Below, piece by piece: positions 9,732 to 19,067 of a stretch of 64,000 nt of DNA (within the stretch, counting starts at the first letter, position 1; each line of letters begins with the position of its first letter). The notes beneath the pieces were generated by a model that was not told the origin of the DNA, ran no database searches, and saw only the letters and a program-made list of their open reading frames with translations. The DNA lies in assembly GCA_038064855.1 (NCBI GenBank), contig JBBTSE010000007.1, forward strand, positions 87,699 to 151,698, written 5' to 3'. Source of the stretch: Patescibacteria group bacterium (GTDB lineage Bacteria; Patescibacteriota; Minisyncoccia; Ryanbacterales; GWA2-47-10b). The position numbers and the translations under genes were made by a program.

Positions 9732-10777
9732 AAAAATTTCTCCCGATGACGCGCAGTGATATCGGTATCGATCTCGGCACTGCAAATACACTCGTGTATG
9801 TGAGTGGGCGCGGTATTGTTATTGATGAGCCATCCGTTATTGCTATCAACCAAAAGACGGGTCATGTCGTAGCGGTAGGCGCGGAGGCAAAGCGTATGGT
9901 GGGGCGTACACCGAGTCATATCGTAGCAGTCAGACCGCTCGTCAACGGTGTTATTTCTGATTTTGAAATAACCGAAGAAATGCTTCGTTATTTCATCAAA
10001 CGGGCTCTGGGCGGTCGTTCATCAATGTTTACCCGTCCGCGTGTTGTGATAGGTATCCCTTCAGGCATTACGGAGGTTGAGCGCAGAGCTGTACGCGACG
10101 CCGCGCTCTCTGCAGGTACCAAAGAGGCCTATCTCGTAGAAGAACCCATGGCCGCGGCTATCGGCGTGCGTCTCGAGGTGCAAGATCCGATGGGCAGTAT
10201 GATCGTCGATATTGGTGGAGGTACGACTGATATTGCGGTCGTTTCTCTCGGCGGTATTGTGGCTGCAAAAAATCTTCACGTGGCCGGTGACCGACTTAAT
10301 AACGATATTATTCAATATGCTCGCGATGAGTTTAAACTGCTTTTGGGTGAACGCACGGCAGAAGATTTAAAAATTGCTATCGGTTCGGTATTACCTCAGC
10401 CAACAGCGCTCGAGGCGACGATGCGTGGCCGCGACTTGGTCACAGGTCTCCCTCGTGAAGTTCTTGTCACTGATGTTGATATTCGTGAGGCGATGCGCGG
10501 CTCTATCGCAACGCTGATAAAAGCAGTACGAGAAACAATCGAAGTGACTCCGCCCGAGCTTGTCGCTGACATCATCCATCGGGGCGTTGTACTCGTTGGC
10601 GGGGGTTCGCTCTTGCGCGGACTCGCTACGCTTATTGAGCGCGAGACGCGTATTCCTGTGCGTGTCGCTGAGGATCCATTGACTGCTGTTGTGCGCGGTA
10701 CCGGTATTATTCTTGAAGATCTTGATATGTTACGACCCGTGCTGGTTGAGACAGACTATGAAACGGCAATCAGTTAG
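9725..10777 (+). CDS. mreB: Rod shape-determining protein MreB
   Basis: IDLGTANT, EEPMAAAIG, DIGGGTTD; first gene of mreB-mreC-mreD-mrdA run. Confidence 0.95.
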   Translation: MLEKFLPMTRSDIGIDLGTANTLVYVSGRGIVIDEPSVIAINQKTGHVVAVGAEAKRMVGRTPSHIVAVRPLVNGVISDFEITEEMLRYFIKRALGGRSSMFTRPRVVIGIPSGITEVERRAVRDAALSAGTKEAYLVEEPMAAAIGVRLEVQDPMGSMIVDIGGGTTDIAVVSLGGIVAAKNLHVAGDRLNNDIIQYARDEFKLLLGERTAEDLKIAIGSVLPQPTALEATMRGRDLVTGLPREVLVTDVDIREAMRGSIATLIKAVRETIEVTPPELVADIIHRGVVLVGGGSLLRGLATLIERETRIPVRVAEDPLTAVVRGTGIILEDLDMLRPVLVETDYETAIS

Positions 10778-11387
10778 CGTACGCATTGTCATCATCGCGG
10801 TTGTTCTTTTTTTGGCGACAATCGCTCTTTTTACAAAAATTCTCGTTCCCGCACAACGCATCGTGCTTGATGGATTGGGTAGTGTTGTTCTCGGCGTGCA
10901 CCTGTTTTCAGACGCCGTCTCGGGAGATAGTCCCATTCCGCAAGACGCCGTGCGTATCATTGCGCGTCGTGCCGATGAATTCCAAAATACTTTTATTATC
11001 AGTATGAGTGCTACCGAAGGCGCAAAAATTGTTTCTGGCGATACACTAGTAGGCGTCGTGGTTGCGAAGGGTAGCATGGTATCAAAAGGTGAGGCGATCA
11101 CCGCACCTGGCTTTATCGTTCATGGTATCGTGAGCCGCTCAGGCGTGCCCGCCGAATTGCACGGCAAGGGGGCGATGTTGCTCGAGACGCGTCTCCCGCG
11201 CGGCACTGATGTACGCGTAGGTGATAGGGTTATCGAGGATCAGGGTGTTCCGCTCGGAATCGGCACCGTTGTCAATATTATTGATAGCGCGTCGGATCCT
11301 TTTATAACGGTTGTTGTACAAAGCCCAGTCAATCTCTACACTCTTTCTTTTGTTCAGATACAAGAAGAAATTGTAAATGCTCTATGA
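10758..11387 (+). CDS. mreC: Rod shape-determining protein MreC
   Basis: N-terminal TM, LVGVV, DVRVGDRVI, IGTV, PVNLYTLSFV; position after mreB. Confidence 0.75.
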   Translation: MKRQSVSVRIVIIAVVLFLATIALFTKILVPAQRIVLDGLGSVVLGVHLFSDAVSGDSPIPQDAVRIIARRADEFQNTFIISMSATEGAKIVSGDTLVGVVVAKGSMVSKGEAITAPGFIVHGIVSRSGVPAELHGKGAMLLETRLPRGTDVRVGDRVIEDQGVPLGIGTVVNIIDSASDPFITVVVQSPVNLYTLSFVQIQEEIVNAL

Positions 11388-11827
11388 ATACCCTTGTCGA
11401 CATGATACTGGTAGCTCCCTTTGTCGCATTGTTGGCGCCCGGCATGCGTTGGATTTTTTGGGCAAGCGTATGTTCGGCGCTCCTTGTAGCTGAGTTTTTC
11501 TCCCCTTTTTCTTTTGGTTTATTATCACTCGCGCTTTGTGCGGGGTGGTTGTTTACGCGCACACTCATCACTTTTTTTAATACATCGTCGATCATGAGTA
11601 TTATGGTCGCATTCGTAGTAGGTATCACTATTGAAGTTTCGTTGGTACTTTCTCTTTTTGTTTTTGAGCAAGGCACCATGAGTGAGGCATCCGTGTTTCG
11701 CGGTGGTATTTTTGCCTTGCGACAATTTCTCGCAGGCCTTTTTGTGTTCGCGCTTATTATGGGAATGCGTGCGGCGTATGCTGTAGGTATCTATGCGGTG
11801 GCTGAAGAAAAAAATCCATTCGCATGA
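11384..11827 (+). CDS. Multi-TM protein, probable MreD
   Basis: About 5 hydrophobic segments; lies between mreC and PBP2. Confidence 0.55.
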   Translation: MNTLVDMILVAPFVALLAPGMRWIFWASVCSALLVAEFFSPFSFGLLSLALCAGWLFTRTLITFFNTSSIMSIMVAFVVGITIEVSLVLSLFVFEQGTMSEASVFRGGIFALRQFLAGLFVFALIMGMRAAYAVGIYAVAEEKNPFA

Positions 11828-13508
11828 TGGCCTTACTCCCGATGAGGTTTTTCTTGACGCCCATGAGATTCCAGGATTCTCACGAGAACGCCTTGAAGGA
11901 CTCATCGAGAAGCCGATAGGCAAAGGAGCGTTTTTATCATTTAGTGTCCTTCTTACGCTCTTTGGTCTGCTTCTTGTTGGCCGCGCCTTTTGGTTGCAAG
12001 TTGTACGCGGCGATGAGCTCACGATGCGCTCAGAGCACAATTATATCGAGACGACTTATGTCGATCCGCCGCGAGGTGTTATCTATGACCGCACGGGAGC
12101 CGTTATCGCTACCAATGAAGCATACACTGATGAAAAAGGCGAGATTCGGTATCGGAGATCAATGCGCCACCCGTATGCATTTAGTCACCTTGTAGGATAT
12201 GTAGGCACACCCTCAAAAGCTGAAAAAGATGCAGGTCGTGATGCGGTCGGCGTTTTAGCTATTGGTAAAACGGGGCTTGAGAGTAGATATGATATACCAT
12301 TGCGTGGTATCGCGGGGAGACGCGACCAAGAACTTGATGCGGCAGGATCCACCGTCTCTCGAGGTCTTATTGTGAGACCAGAAGAAGGTGAAAATATGAA
12401 GACCACCATCAATGCGCCTTTGCAAGAAGCGATGTGGGAAATACTTGACCGTATTATGCGCGAGCGAGGTTTTCGTGGCGGCGGCGGGATTATCTTTTCT
12501 GTAAAAGATGGATCGGTGGCATCTTTGGTGAGCGTACCGAGCTATGATGCAAATGCATTCGCGCGTGGGCTCACACAAGAAGAAGCAACAGAACTTTTCT
12601 CAAGTACGCGCGCTCCGCTTTTTAATCGTGTACTTTCTGGTACCTACGCCCCCGGTTCTATTATCAAGCCGTTTGTAGCGATGGCCGCGCTGGAAGAAGG
12701 CGTCATTGATGAACATAAAAGTTTGTATAGCTCTGGCGCACTCGAGCTGCCAAATCCATTTAACCCGAGCCAGCCGAGTAGATTCCTCGACTGGAAGGCA
12801 CACGGCTATGTTGATTTGCGCCGTGCGCTTGCCGTTTCGTCCGATGTCTATTTTTATACCGTTGGCGGTGGCTTCGGTGATGTCAAAGGGCTGGGGATTG
12901 CGCGTATTAAATTATGGCTTGAGAAGTTTGGATTTGGTAAAACGACTGGCATCGATCTCGATGGTGAAAAAATAGGTTTTTTACCCGACCCTGAATCAAA
13001 GAAAACACTTCACCCAGAAAATCCTATCTGGCGTATTGGTGATACCTATCATGCAAGTATCGGACAAGGCGATGTGTTAGTCACACCGCTTGAAGCTGCG
13101 CGCGCCCTTTCCGCTATTGCCACCGGCGGTACTCTTGCAGAGCTTCATATCGCCGAGAATGCCGCCAAGTCGCCAGAACAATTTGAGAAGCTTGCGTTTA
13201 GTGAGAAGAACTTGAAGGCTGTTCGTGAAGGGATGCGCTCGGCGGTCGCTGATGGGGGCACCGCCGCTGCGGTGTCATGGGTCCAGACACCCATTGCTGG
13301 TAAGACAGGTACCGCGGAGGTAGGGAGCAAGAAAGACCGTGTACACTCATGGTTTATGGGCTTTGCGCCCGCGGATGACCCACAGATTGGCATTGTGCTC
13401 TTTTTAGAGTCAGGACCACGCGCAAACCTTGTGGGAGCCCCATTTGCTACATCCGAGGTATTTCGCTGGATTATGGACCACGGAGGGGTCGAGGGCATTT
13501 TGCGTTGA
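11793..13508 (+). CDS. mrdA: Penicillin-binding protein 2 (class B transpeptidase)
   Basis: PPRGVIYDR, SxxK (GSIIK), SSD, KTGTAE; mre operon context. Confidence 0.88.
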   Translation: MRWLKKKIHSHDGLTPDEVFLDAHEIPGFSRERLEGLIEKPIGKGAFLSFSVLLTLFGLLLVGRAFWLQVVRGDELTMRSEHNYIETTYVDPPRGVIYDRTGAVIATNEAYTDEKGEIRYRRSMRHPYAFSHLVGYVGTPSKAEKDAGRDAVGVLAIGKTGLESRYDIPLRGIAGRRDQELDAAGSTVSRGLIVRPEEGENMKTTINAPLQEAMWEILDRIMRERGFRGGGGIIFSVKDGSVASLVSVPSYDANAFARGLTQEEATELFSSTRAPLFNRVLSGTYAPGSIIKPFVAMAALEEGVIDEHKSLYSSGALELPNPFNPSQPSRFLDWKAHGYVDLRRALAVSSDVYFYTVGGGFGDVKGLGIARIKLWLEKFGFGKTTGIDLDGEKIGFLPDPESKKTLHPENPIWRIGDTYHASIGQGDVLVTPLEAARALSAIATGGTLAELHIAENAAKSPEQFEKLAFSEKNLKAVREGMRSAVADGGTAAAVSWVQTPIAGKTGTAEVGSKKDRVHSWFMGFAPADDPQIGIVLFLESGPRANLVGAPFATSEVFRWIMDHGGVEGILR

Positions 13509-13567
13509 CAGAGTGCCCCCGGTCTTTTACAATAAAAACCTTATAGCTAGCATAAAAACTATATACT

Positions 13568-14038
13568 ATGACACTTTCAGACGACCGCGAATATCTTTCA
13601 GCCGAAGGACTCAAAGACATCGAAGGACGACTCAAGAATCTCAAGACGACTCGTCGTGTTCAGATTGCAGAGCGTCTCGAGTTTGCGAAGAGTCTCGGTG
13701 ATCTTTCAGAGAACGCTGAATATTCAGAGGCGAAAGAAGAACAAATGGTAAACGAAGCCGAGGTGGCAAAGCTCGAAGATATTTTGTCGCGCGCTTCTGT
13801 TATCTCAAATACCGATTCTTCTGAGGTTCGCCTCGGCTCAAATGTTAAATGTCGCAAGATTGGCAACGGCGATGAACAATTTATGATTGTAGGACGCGAA
13901 GAAGCTGATCCGTTCAAGGGCAAGGTTTCAAATGAATCACCACTCGGCAAGGCATTTTTGGGCAAGCGCAAAAACGAAAAAGTGCTCGTCTCAACCCCTC
14001 GAGGCCAGATCGAATATTCTATTATCGAAATTGCTTAG
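13568..14038 (+). CDS. greA: Transcription elongation factor GreA
   Basis: GDLSENAEY acidic tip, VSNESPLGKAFLG. Confidence 0.95.
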   Translation: MTLSDDREYLSAEGLKDIEGRLKNLKTTRRVQIAERLEFAKSLGDLSENAEYSEAKEEQMVNEAEVAKLEDILSRASVISNTDSSEVRLGSNVKCRKIGNGDEQFMIVGREEADPFKGKVSNESPLGKAFLGKRKNEKVLVSTPRGQIEYSIIEIA

Positions 14039-14125
14039 TAGCCGATGCGTATTGTCGCGTGCTCAGTTGTTAGTAGAACAGCTGAGCATTTTCGGTTATA
14101 CTGAGAATTATAAGACTTACTGTTT

Positions 14126-15586
14126 ATGTCTGCCGAAGATATACGATCTGAGCGCCTCAAAAAGCTCGCAATATTAAAAGAACGGGGTATTGACCCATAT
14201 CCTGCCGAATCTTTTCGCACGCATGAAAATGCTTTGTTTTTGAAGTCTTATGAGTCTCTCGCAAGTTCTCAAGAAAAAGTAACACTTGCGGGTAGAATCA
14301 TGTCGCAGAGAGATCAGGGAGGCATTATCTTTGTCGATCTTTTTGATGGGACTGAGCGCGTTCAGGCGCTGATTAAAAAAGATGATATCGGCGAAGAGTC
14401 ATTCGATCTTTTTTTGGAGACGGTGAGCGTGAGCGATTTTATAGAGGTTTTGGGTGTCGCATTTACGACAAAGCGGGGGATGAACTCACTTTTGGCCAGT
14501 AGTTGGCGTATGCTGGCAAAAAGTCTCAATCAAGTTCCTGATGAATGGTTCGGCCTCAAAGACGAGGATGAACGATATCGCAAGCGATATCTTGATATGT
14601 TGCTCGATCCAGAGGTCGCGAATCTCGCAAAAAAACGCTCAATATTTTGGAACACTATTCGTTTGTTTATGTTAAAGCGCGGTTTTATAGAAGTAGAGAC
14701 GCCAATCTTGGAGACAAAAACTGGTGGAGCAGAGGCTCGGCCATTTGTGACCCGTCACAATGCACTTGATATGGATGTATATTTGAGAATTTCGCACGAA
14801 CTTTGGCATAAAAAACTCATCGTAGGCGGTCTCCCAAAAGTTTTTGAGATAGGAAGGGTATTTAGAAATGAAGGTATGTCGTTTGAGCATGCTCAAGACT
14901 ATACGCATTTTGAGTTTTATGAAGCATATCAAGACGCTCGCCAAGGCATCCCTATGCTTATTGATTTGTATCGTACCGTTGCTCAAGAGACTTTTGGAAC
15001 GCTTAAGTTTCAAATCGGCAAGCATGAAGTTGATCTCGGCGTAGAGTGGGAACAGATCGACTACAACAAGTGTATACAGGACAAGTACGGATTTGATCCA
15101 CGCGATGTTGATCAATCAGCGGGCGCAGGACGCAAGCTTCTTAAAAAACATATTCCTGATTATGAAGGCGATATCACGGAGACGGGTCGTGCAGTTGATT
15201 TCTTATGGAAACAGGTGCGACGGACTATTAGCGGTCCTGCGATTTTGACCGGTATACCTGTATATCTTGAACCCCTCGCTAAGAAAAACAAAGACGATCA
15301 GCGTGTGGTAGATCGTTTTCAGATTATTTTGGCAGGTAGCGAGATAGGTAAGGCTTTCAACGAGCTCAACGATCCTATTGACCAGCGTGAGCGTTTTGAA
15401 AAACAACAGGCACTCAGAGACGCAGGAGATGAAGAAGCTCAGATGATCGATCTTGAATACATCGAAGCCATGGAATACGGTATGCCACCTATTTTCGGGT
15501 TCGGGTTTTCTGAGCGACTATTTAGCTTCTTGGTGGGTAAGAGTATACGCGAATCACAGCTCTTTCCGTTAATGAAGCCAAAATAA
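14126..15586 (+). CDS. lysS: Lysine--tRNA ligase (class II)
   Basis: RYRKRYLD, GGAEARPF, YLRISHEL, FRNEG, FNELNDP, EYGMPP. Confidence 0.95.
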   Translation: MSAEDIRSERLKKLAILKERGIDPYPAESFRTHENALFLKSYESLASSQEKVTLAGRIMSQRDQGGIIFVDLFDGTERVQALIKKDDIGEESFDLFLETVSVSDFIEVLGVAFTTKRGMNSLLASSWRMLAKSLNQVPDEWFGLKDEDERYRKRYLDMLLDPEVANLAKKRSIFWNTIRLFMLKRGFIEVETPILETKTGGAEARPFVTRHNALDMDVYLRISHELWHKKLIVGGLPKVFEIGRVFRNEGMSFEHAQDYTHFEFYEAYQDARQGIPMLIDLYRTVAQETFGTLKFQIGKHEVDLGVEWEQIDYNKCIQDKYGFDPRDVDQSAGAGRKLLKKHIPDYEGDITETGRAVDFLWKQVRRTISGPAILTGIPVYLEPLAKKNKDDQRVVDRFQIILAGSEIGKAFNELNDPIDQRERFEKQQALRDAGDEEAQMIDLEYIEAMEYGMPPIFGFGFSERLFSFLVGKSIRESQLFPLMKPK

Positions 15587-15611
15587 AACTCTCTTTTCAC
15601 GGTTGATAAGC

Positions 15612-15655
15612 TGTGCATAAAACACCCCCGAGAGGGTGTTTTGCTTTTATCCACA
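15612..15655. promoter_or_regulatory. DnaA boxes upstream of mraZ
   Basis: TTATCCACA at 15647-15655 (perfect); TGTGCATAA at 15612-15620 (TTATGCACA on - strand). Confidence 0.6.
15619..15642. terminator. Intrinsic terminator after lysS
   Basis: AAAACACCC-ccgaga-GGGTGTTTT hairpin. Confidence 0.65.
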
Positions 15656-15689
15656 AGGATTTTTGTTTCTTTTCACAAAGGTGTTGTGA

Positions 15690-15748
15690 GTGGATAGGTT
15701 AGTGGTGTATATTGAGTACATAGTGGTAGAAAAGTGGGAAGAAGTGGG
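15690..15748 (+). promoter_or_regulatory. MraZ-binding GTGG direct repeats
   Basis: AGTGG repeats with GTGG at 15690, 15702, 15723, 15734 and 15744 (last three spaced 10-11 bp) directly upstream of mraZ. Confidence 0.75.
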
Positions 15749-15772
15749 TAATTTGACGGATATTCTATACCA

Positions 15773-16207
15773 ATGTTTTTAGGCGAATATGTACACACGA
15801 TAGATCAAAAAAGGCGTCTTTCGATACCCACGCGTTTGCGCAAAGAACTTGGTAAGGAAGCAGTCGTGACAAAGGGGCCCGATCATTGTCTCTTTCTCTT
15901 CCCAATCAAAACATGGGAGGCGATGGCCGAGAAACTTTCACACTTGCCATTAGGCCAAGCAGACACACGAAACTTTGTCCGCTTTATGCTCTCGGGTGCC
16001 GCCGAATCAGAACTCGATAATCTCGGACGCATTTTGATCCCCGACACGCTCAAAGAATACGCGGAGCTCGGATCAAAAGCAGTCGTAGTAGGAGTATTTG
16101 ATCGAATCGAAGTATGGTCGCCCGAACGCTGGGCAGATGTACGCAAACACACGCAAGACAACGCCGATAGATTAGCCGAACGATTGGGAGAACTAGGGAT
16201 GTACTAA
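15773..16207 (+). CDS. mraZ: Division/cell wall cluster transcriptional regulator MraZ
   Basis: MFLGEYVHTIDQKRRLSIP, DNLGRILIP, GVFDRIEVW. Confidence 0.95.
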   Translation: MFLGEYVHTIDQKRRLSIPTRLRKELGKEAVVTKGPDHCLFLFPIKTWEAMAEKLSHLPLGQADTRNFVRFMLSGAAESELDNLGRILIPDTLKEYAELGSKAVVVGVFDRIEVWSPERWADVRKHTQDNADRLAERLGELGMY

Positions 16208-17068
16208 ATGATTCACAAGCCCGTACTGGTAGCAGAAGTGATGGAATACTTGCAGCCACATAGAGGAGGAACTTATATCGACGCGACGCTAGGGGCTGGA
16301 GGGCATACGCGAGCGATACTCGAAAAGATCGGATATGAGGGTACGGTACTCGGCATCGAACAAGACCCCGAGCTTGCCGAAAAAATAAAAAAAGAACATA
16401 TCAAAAATCTCATCATTGAAAATACTTCATATATTGCCATGGAAAAGCTTACGACACTTCACAAATTAGACCGCGTTGATGGCGTGCTTTTTGATTTTGG
16501 CATGAACTCATGGCATGTCGATGCGTCAGGGCGAGGCTTTTCATTTCAAAAAGACGAAGTGCTCGATATGCGTTTTGATCCTTCAAACACCACATCAGCA
16601 GCGCACATCATCAACCAATCGACAGCGCACGAGCTCGAAGATATTTTCCGTACTTACGGGGAAGAGCGCAGGGCTCGCCAGATCGCTGAGGCGATTGTCG
16701 AGGAGCGTAAGAATGGGCGCATTTTAACCACTGAACGGCTTTGCTCAATCATTGGTCGCATCGTACCCAAGAGCGCGAGGCATCCGGCAACGCGCGTGTT
16801 TCAGGCGCTTCGTATCGCGGTCAATCGTGAGCTTGATAATGTAGCAGAAGGTCTGTCAGCCGCGTTTCGATTGCTCGCGCCGGGTGGCAGGGTAGTGGCT
16901 ATCGCGTTTCATTCACTTGAGGACAGGATCGTCAAACAAGCGATGCGTAATACTGAAGGTGGGCAGGTGCTTACCAAAAAAGCTGTGCGTGCGACGCGCG
17001 CCGAATATCTAGTAAACCCAAGATCACGGTCGGCAGTACTTCGCGCATGGGAGAAAAAAAGTATATGA
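16208..17068 (+). CDS. rsmH: 16S rRNA C1402 N4-methyltransferase
   Basis: HKPVL, DATLGAGGH, LDMRFD, FQALRIAVNREL, FHSLEDRIVK, NPRSRSA. Confidence 0.95.
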   Translation: MIHKPVLVAEVMEYLQPHRGGTYIDATLGAGGHTRAILEKIGYEGTVLGIEQDPELAEKIKKEHIKNLIIENTSYIAMEKLTTLHKLDRVDGVLFDFGMNSWHVDASGRGFSFQKDEVLDMRFDPSNTTSAAHIINQSTAHELEDIFRTYGEERRARQIAEAIVEERKNGRILTTERLCSIIGRIVPKSARHPATRVFQALRIAVNRELDNVAEGLSAAFRLLAPGGRVVAIAFHSLEDRIVKQAMRNTEGGQVLTKKAVRATRAEYLVNPRSRSAVLRAWEKKSI

Positions 17069-17337
17069 AACGCGCGATATATTTTTTGTTAGCCGTCGGT
17101 GTTGTCTCAGGTATCACTTCAATTATCTTTGCTAACGCAACATATACGGAAAGTCATGATATGCGCAAAGCGCGCGCCGAACTTTCTGAACTCGATGACC
17201 AGTATACAGAACTTAAATCATCCTATTTGCGTCTCGCGCTCGAAGAGTTGGAGCCTCAGGCCCGCGCCCAAGGTTTTATAGCGCTCGAAAGCCCTCGTTA
17301 TATTCGTCACAATACCGCAGTCGGTTTTGCCCGCTAA
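17065..17337 (+). CDS. Probable cell division protein FtsL
   Basis: Single TM plus coiled coil; between rsmH (ATGA overlap) and ftsI. Confidence 0.6.
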   Translation: MKRAIYFLLAVGVVSGITSIIFANATYTESHDMRKARAELSELDDQYTELKSSYLRLALEELEPQARAQGFIALESPRYIRHNTAVGFAR

Positions 17338-17339
17338 CC

Positions 17340-19067
17340 ATGAACGCGTTTTTGAAACGCGTGACCTCTCTCACGATTTTTGTGGGAGGGCTATTGTTTG
17401 TTGTCTTGTCACGCGTTGCTTGGTTGCAAGTGGTCCGTGGCGCAGAGTATCGTGAGCAGGCATCGCGCCAACAATCAGTATCAGAAATTTTTAAGGCGAA
17501 CCGCGGTGAAATCTTGGCGCATGAAAAAAACGCACTCGTGCCGGTGGCAACTACGAAAGAGGGCTGGCTTATGCATATCAATCCAAAGCTTATACAGAAT
17601 CCAGTAGAACTCTATGAGAAACTCTCGCATATCGCGAGTACTACCATGCCTAAAGATGAGTTTGTTGAGCGCGCAAGTAAATCAAACGATCCATATGAGA
17701 TCATCGAACATCGGATATCGCCTTCGGTAAAGCGAGCTATTGAGGCTGCCGAGCTACCAGGTGTCGAATTTTCGCCTGAGCGTTGGCGGTTTTACCCTGC
17801 GGCTGATTTTGCCTCGCAGGTCATAGGTTTTGTGGGTGCTGATGATACGGGGCAGTATGGCCTTGAGCGCTTTTACAATGAAGATTTGTTAGGGCGCGAT
17901 GGTGTTTTTGTAGGCGAAAAGACATCAGGAAAAAAACTTCTCTGGTTTGGTAACGCGAGCTTGACGCCCGTCAAACACGGTGCCTCTATCATTTCCACGC
18001 TCGATACCGGCGTACAGACCAATCTTGAGGGTGTATTGAAAAAAATACGAGAAGAATACCATGCCACATCAGCTGGAGGCATCATCATCAATCCAAAAAC
18101 AGGCCAGATACTAGCGATGGCATCAGTACCATCGTTTGACCCAAATAGATATTCGGATGTAGAAGACATCGCTATTTTTAAAAACCCTCTCGTCGAAGAT
18201 CTTTTTGAAATGGGTTCGGTAGTAAAGCCTCTTACTATTGCCGCCGCCATTGATGCAGGGGTCGTCACAACACAGACCACTTACAATGATACGGGTACGC
18301 GCACGATTGATACGGCGACTATCGCAAACTTCGATGGTAAGGCGCGCGGTGTCGTACCGATACAAGAAATTTTATCGCAGTCACTCAATATCGGTGCCGT
18401 GTTTGTTATGGAGCAACTCGGAAAAGATCGTTTTCGTGAATATATGCATGGTTTCGGGTTAGCAGAAAAAACAGGTATCGATGTGCCGGGCGAGGCGAGT
18501 GGTAAGTTGGCAAATCTCGAGAGCTCACGACTGATTGAATTTGCAACCGCATCATTTGGCCAAGGTATTTCGATGACTGGCGTAGAATTTGTACGGGCTC
18601 TCTCGAGTATTGCCAATGGAGGGTTTTTAGTTGATCCTTACCTTATAGAGGAAGTTCGTGACGAGGACGATACAATAGTCGAGAAAAAGCGTGGCGCACC
18701 ACGCCGTGTCCTGAAAGAAGAAACATCAAAAACAGTAACTCGTATGTTGGTAGAAGTAGTCGATAAAAAACTCGCGAACGGCAAAGGTAGAATCCCCGGG
18801 TATTCGGTGGCTGCAAAAACGGGTACTGCGCAGATCGCATCAAAAAACTCGCGTGGATATTCCGGTGAATTCATGCATACTTTTTTTGGATACGGTCCTG
18901 CCTACGATCCGCAATTTTTAGTATTTTTATATATCGAACGCCCTCAGGGTATTCGGTACGCGTCAGAGTCACTCACACAACCATTTCGCGTTGTCATGAA
19001 GCATCTATTTTCATATTTTGAGATTATTCCTGATAGGCCGCACGAGCTTGAAGCAAAAACACCATGA
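17340..19067 (+). CDS. ftsI: Division transpeptidase FtsI/PBP3
   Basis: RGEI, RFYP, GLE, SxxK (GSVVK), SLN, KTGTAQ; dcw context. Confidence 0.85.
   Translation: MNAFLKRVTSLTIFVGGLLFVVLSRVAWLQVVRGAEYREQASRQQSVSEIFKANRGEILAHEKNALVPVATTKEGWLMHINPKLIQNPVELYEKLSHIASTTMPKDEFVERASKSNDPYEIIEHRISPSVKRAIEAAELPGVEFSPERWRFYPAADFASQVIGFVGADDTGQYGLERFYNEDLLGRDGVFVGEKTSGKKLLWFGNASLTPVKHGASIISTLDTGVQTNLEGVLKKIREEYHATSAGGIIINPKTGQILAMASVPSFDPNRYSDVEDIAIFKNPLVEDLFEMGSVVKPLTIAAAIDAGVVTTQTTYNDTGTRTIDTATIANFDGKARGVVPIQEILSQSLNIGAVFVMEQLGKDRFREYMHGFGLAEKTGIDVPGEASGKLANLESSRLIEFATASFGQGISMTGVEFVRALSSIANGGFLVDPYLIEEVRDEDDTIVEKKRGAPRRVLKEETSKTVTRMLVEVVDKKLANGKGRIPGYSVAAKTGTAQIASKNSRGYSGEFMHTFFGYGPAYDPQFLVFLYIERPQGIRYASESLTQPFRVVMKHLFSYFEIIPDRPHELEAKTP

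Noticed and set aside
15612-15700. oriC at the DnaA-box cluster
   Set aside because: Only two good boxes, no dnaA/dnaN nearby, no clear unwinding element and no divergence of gene orientation
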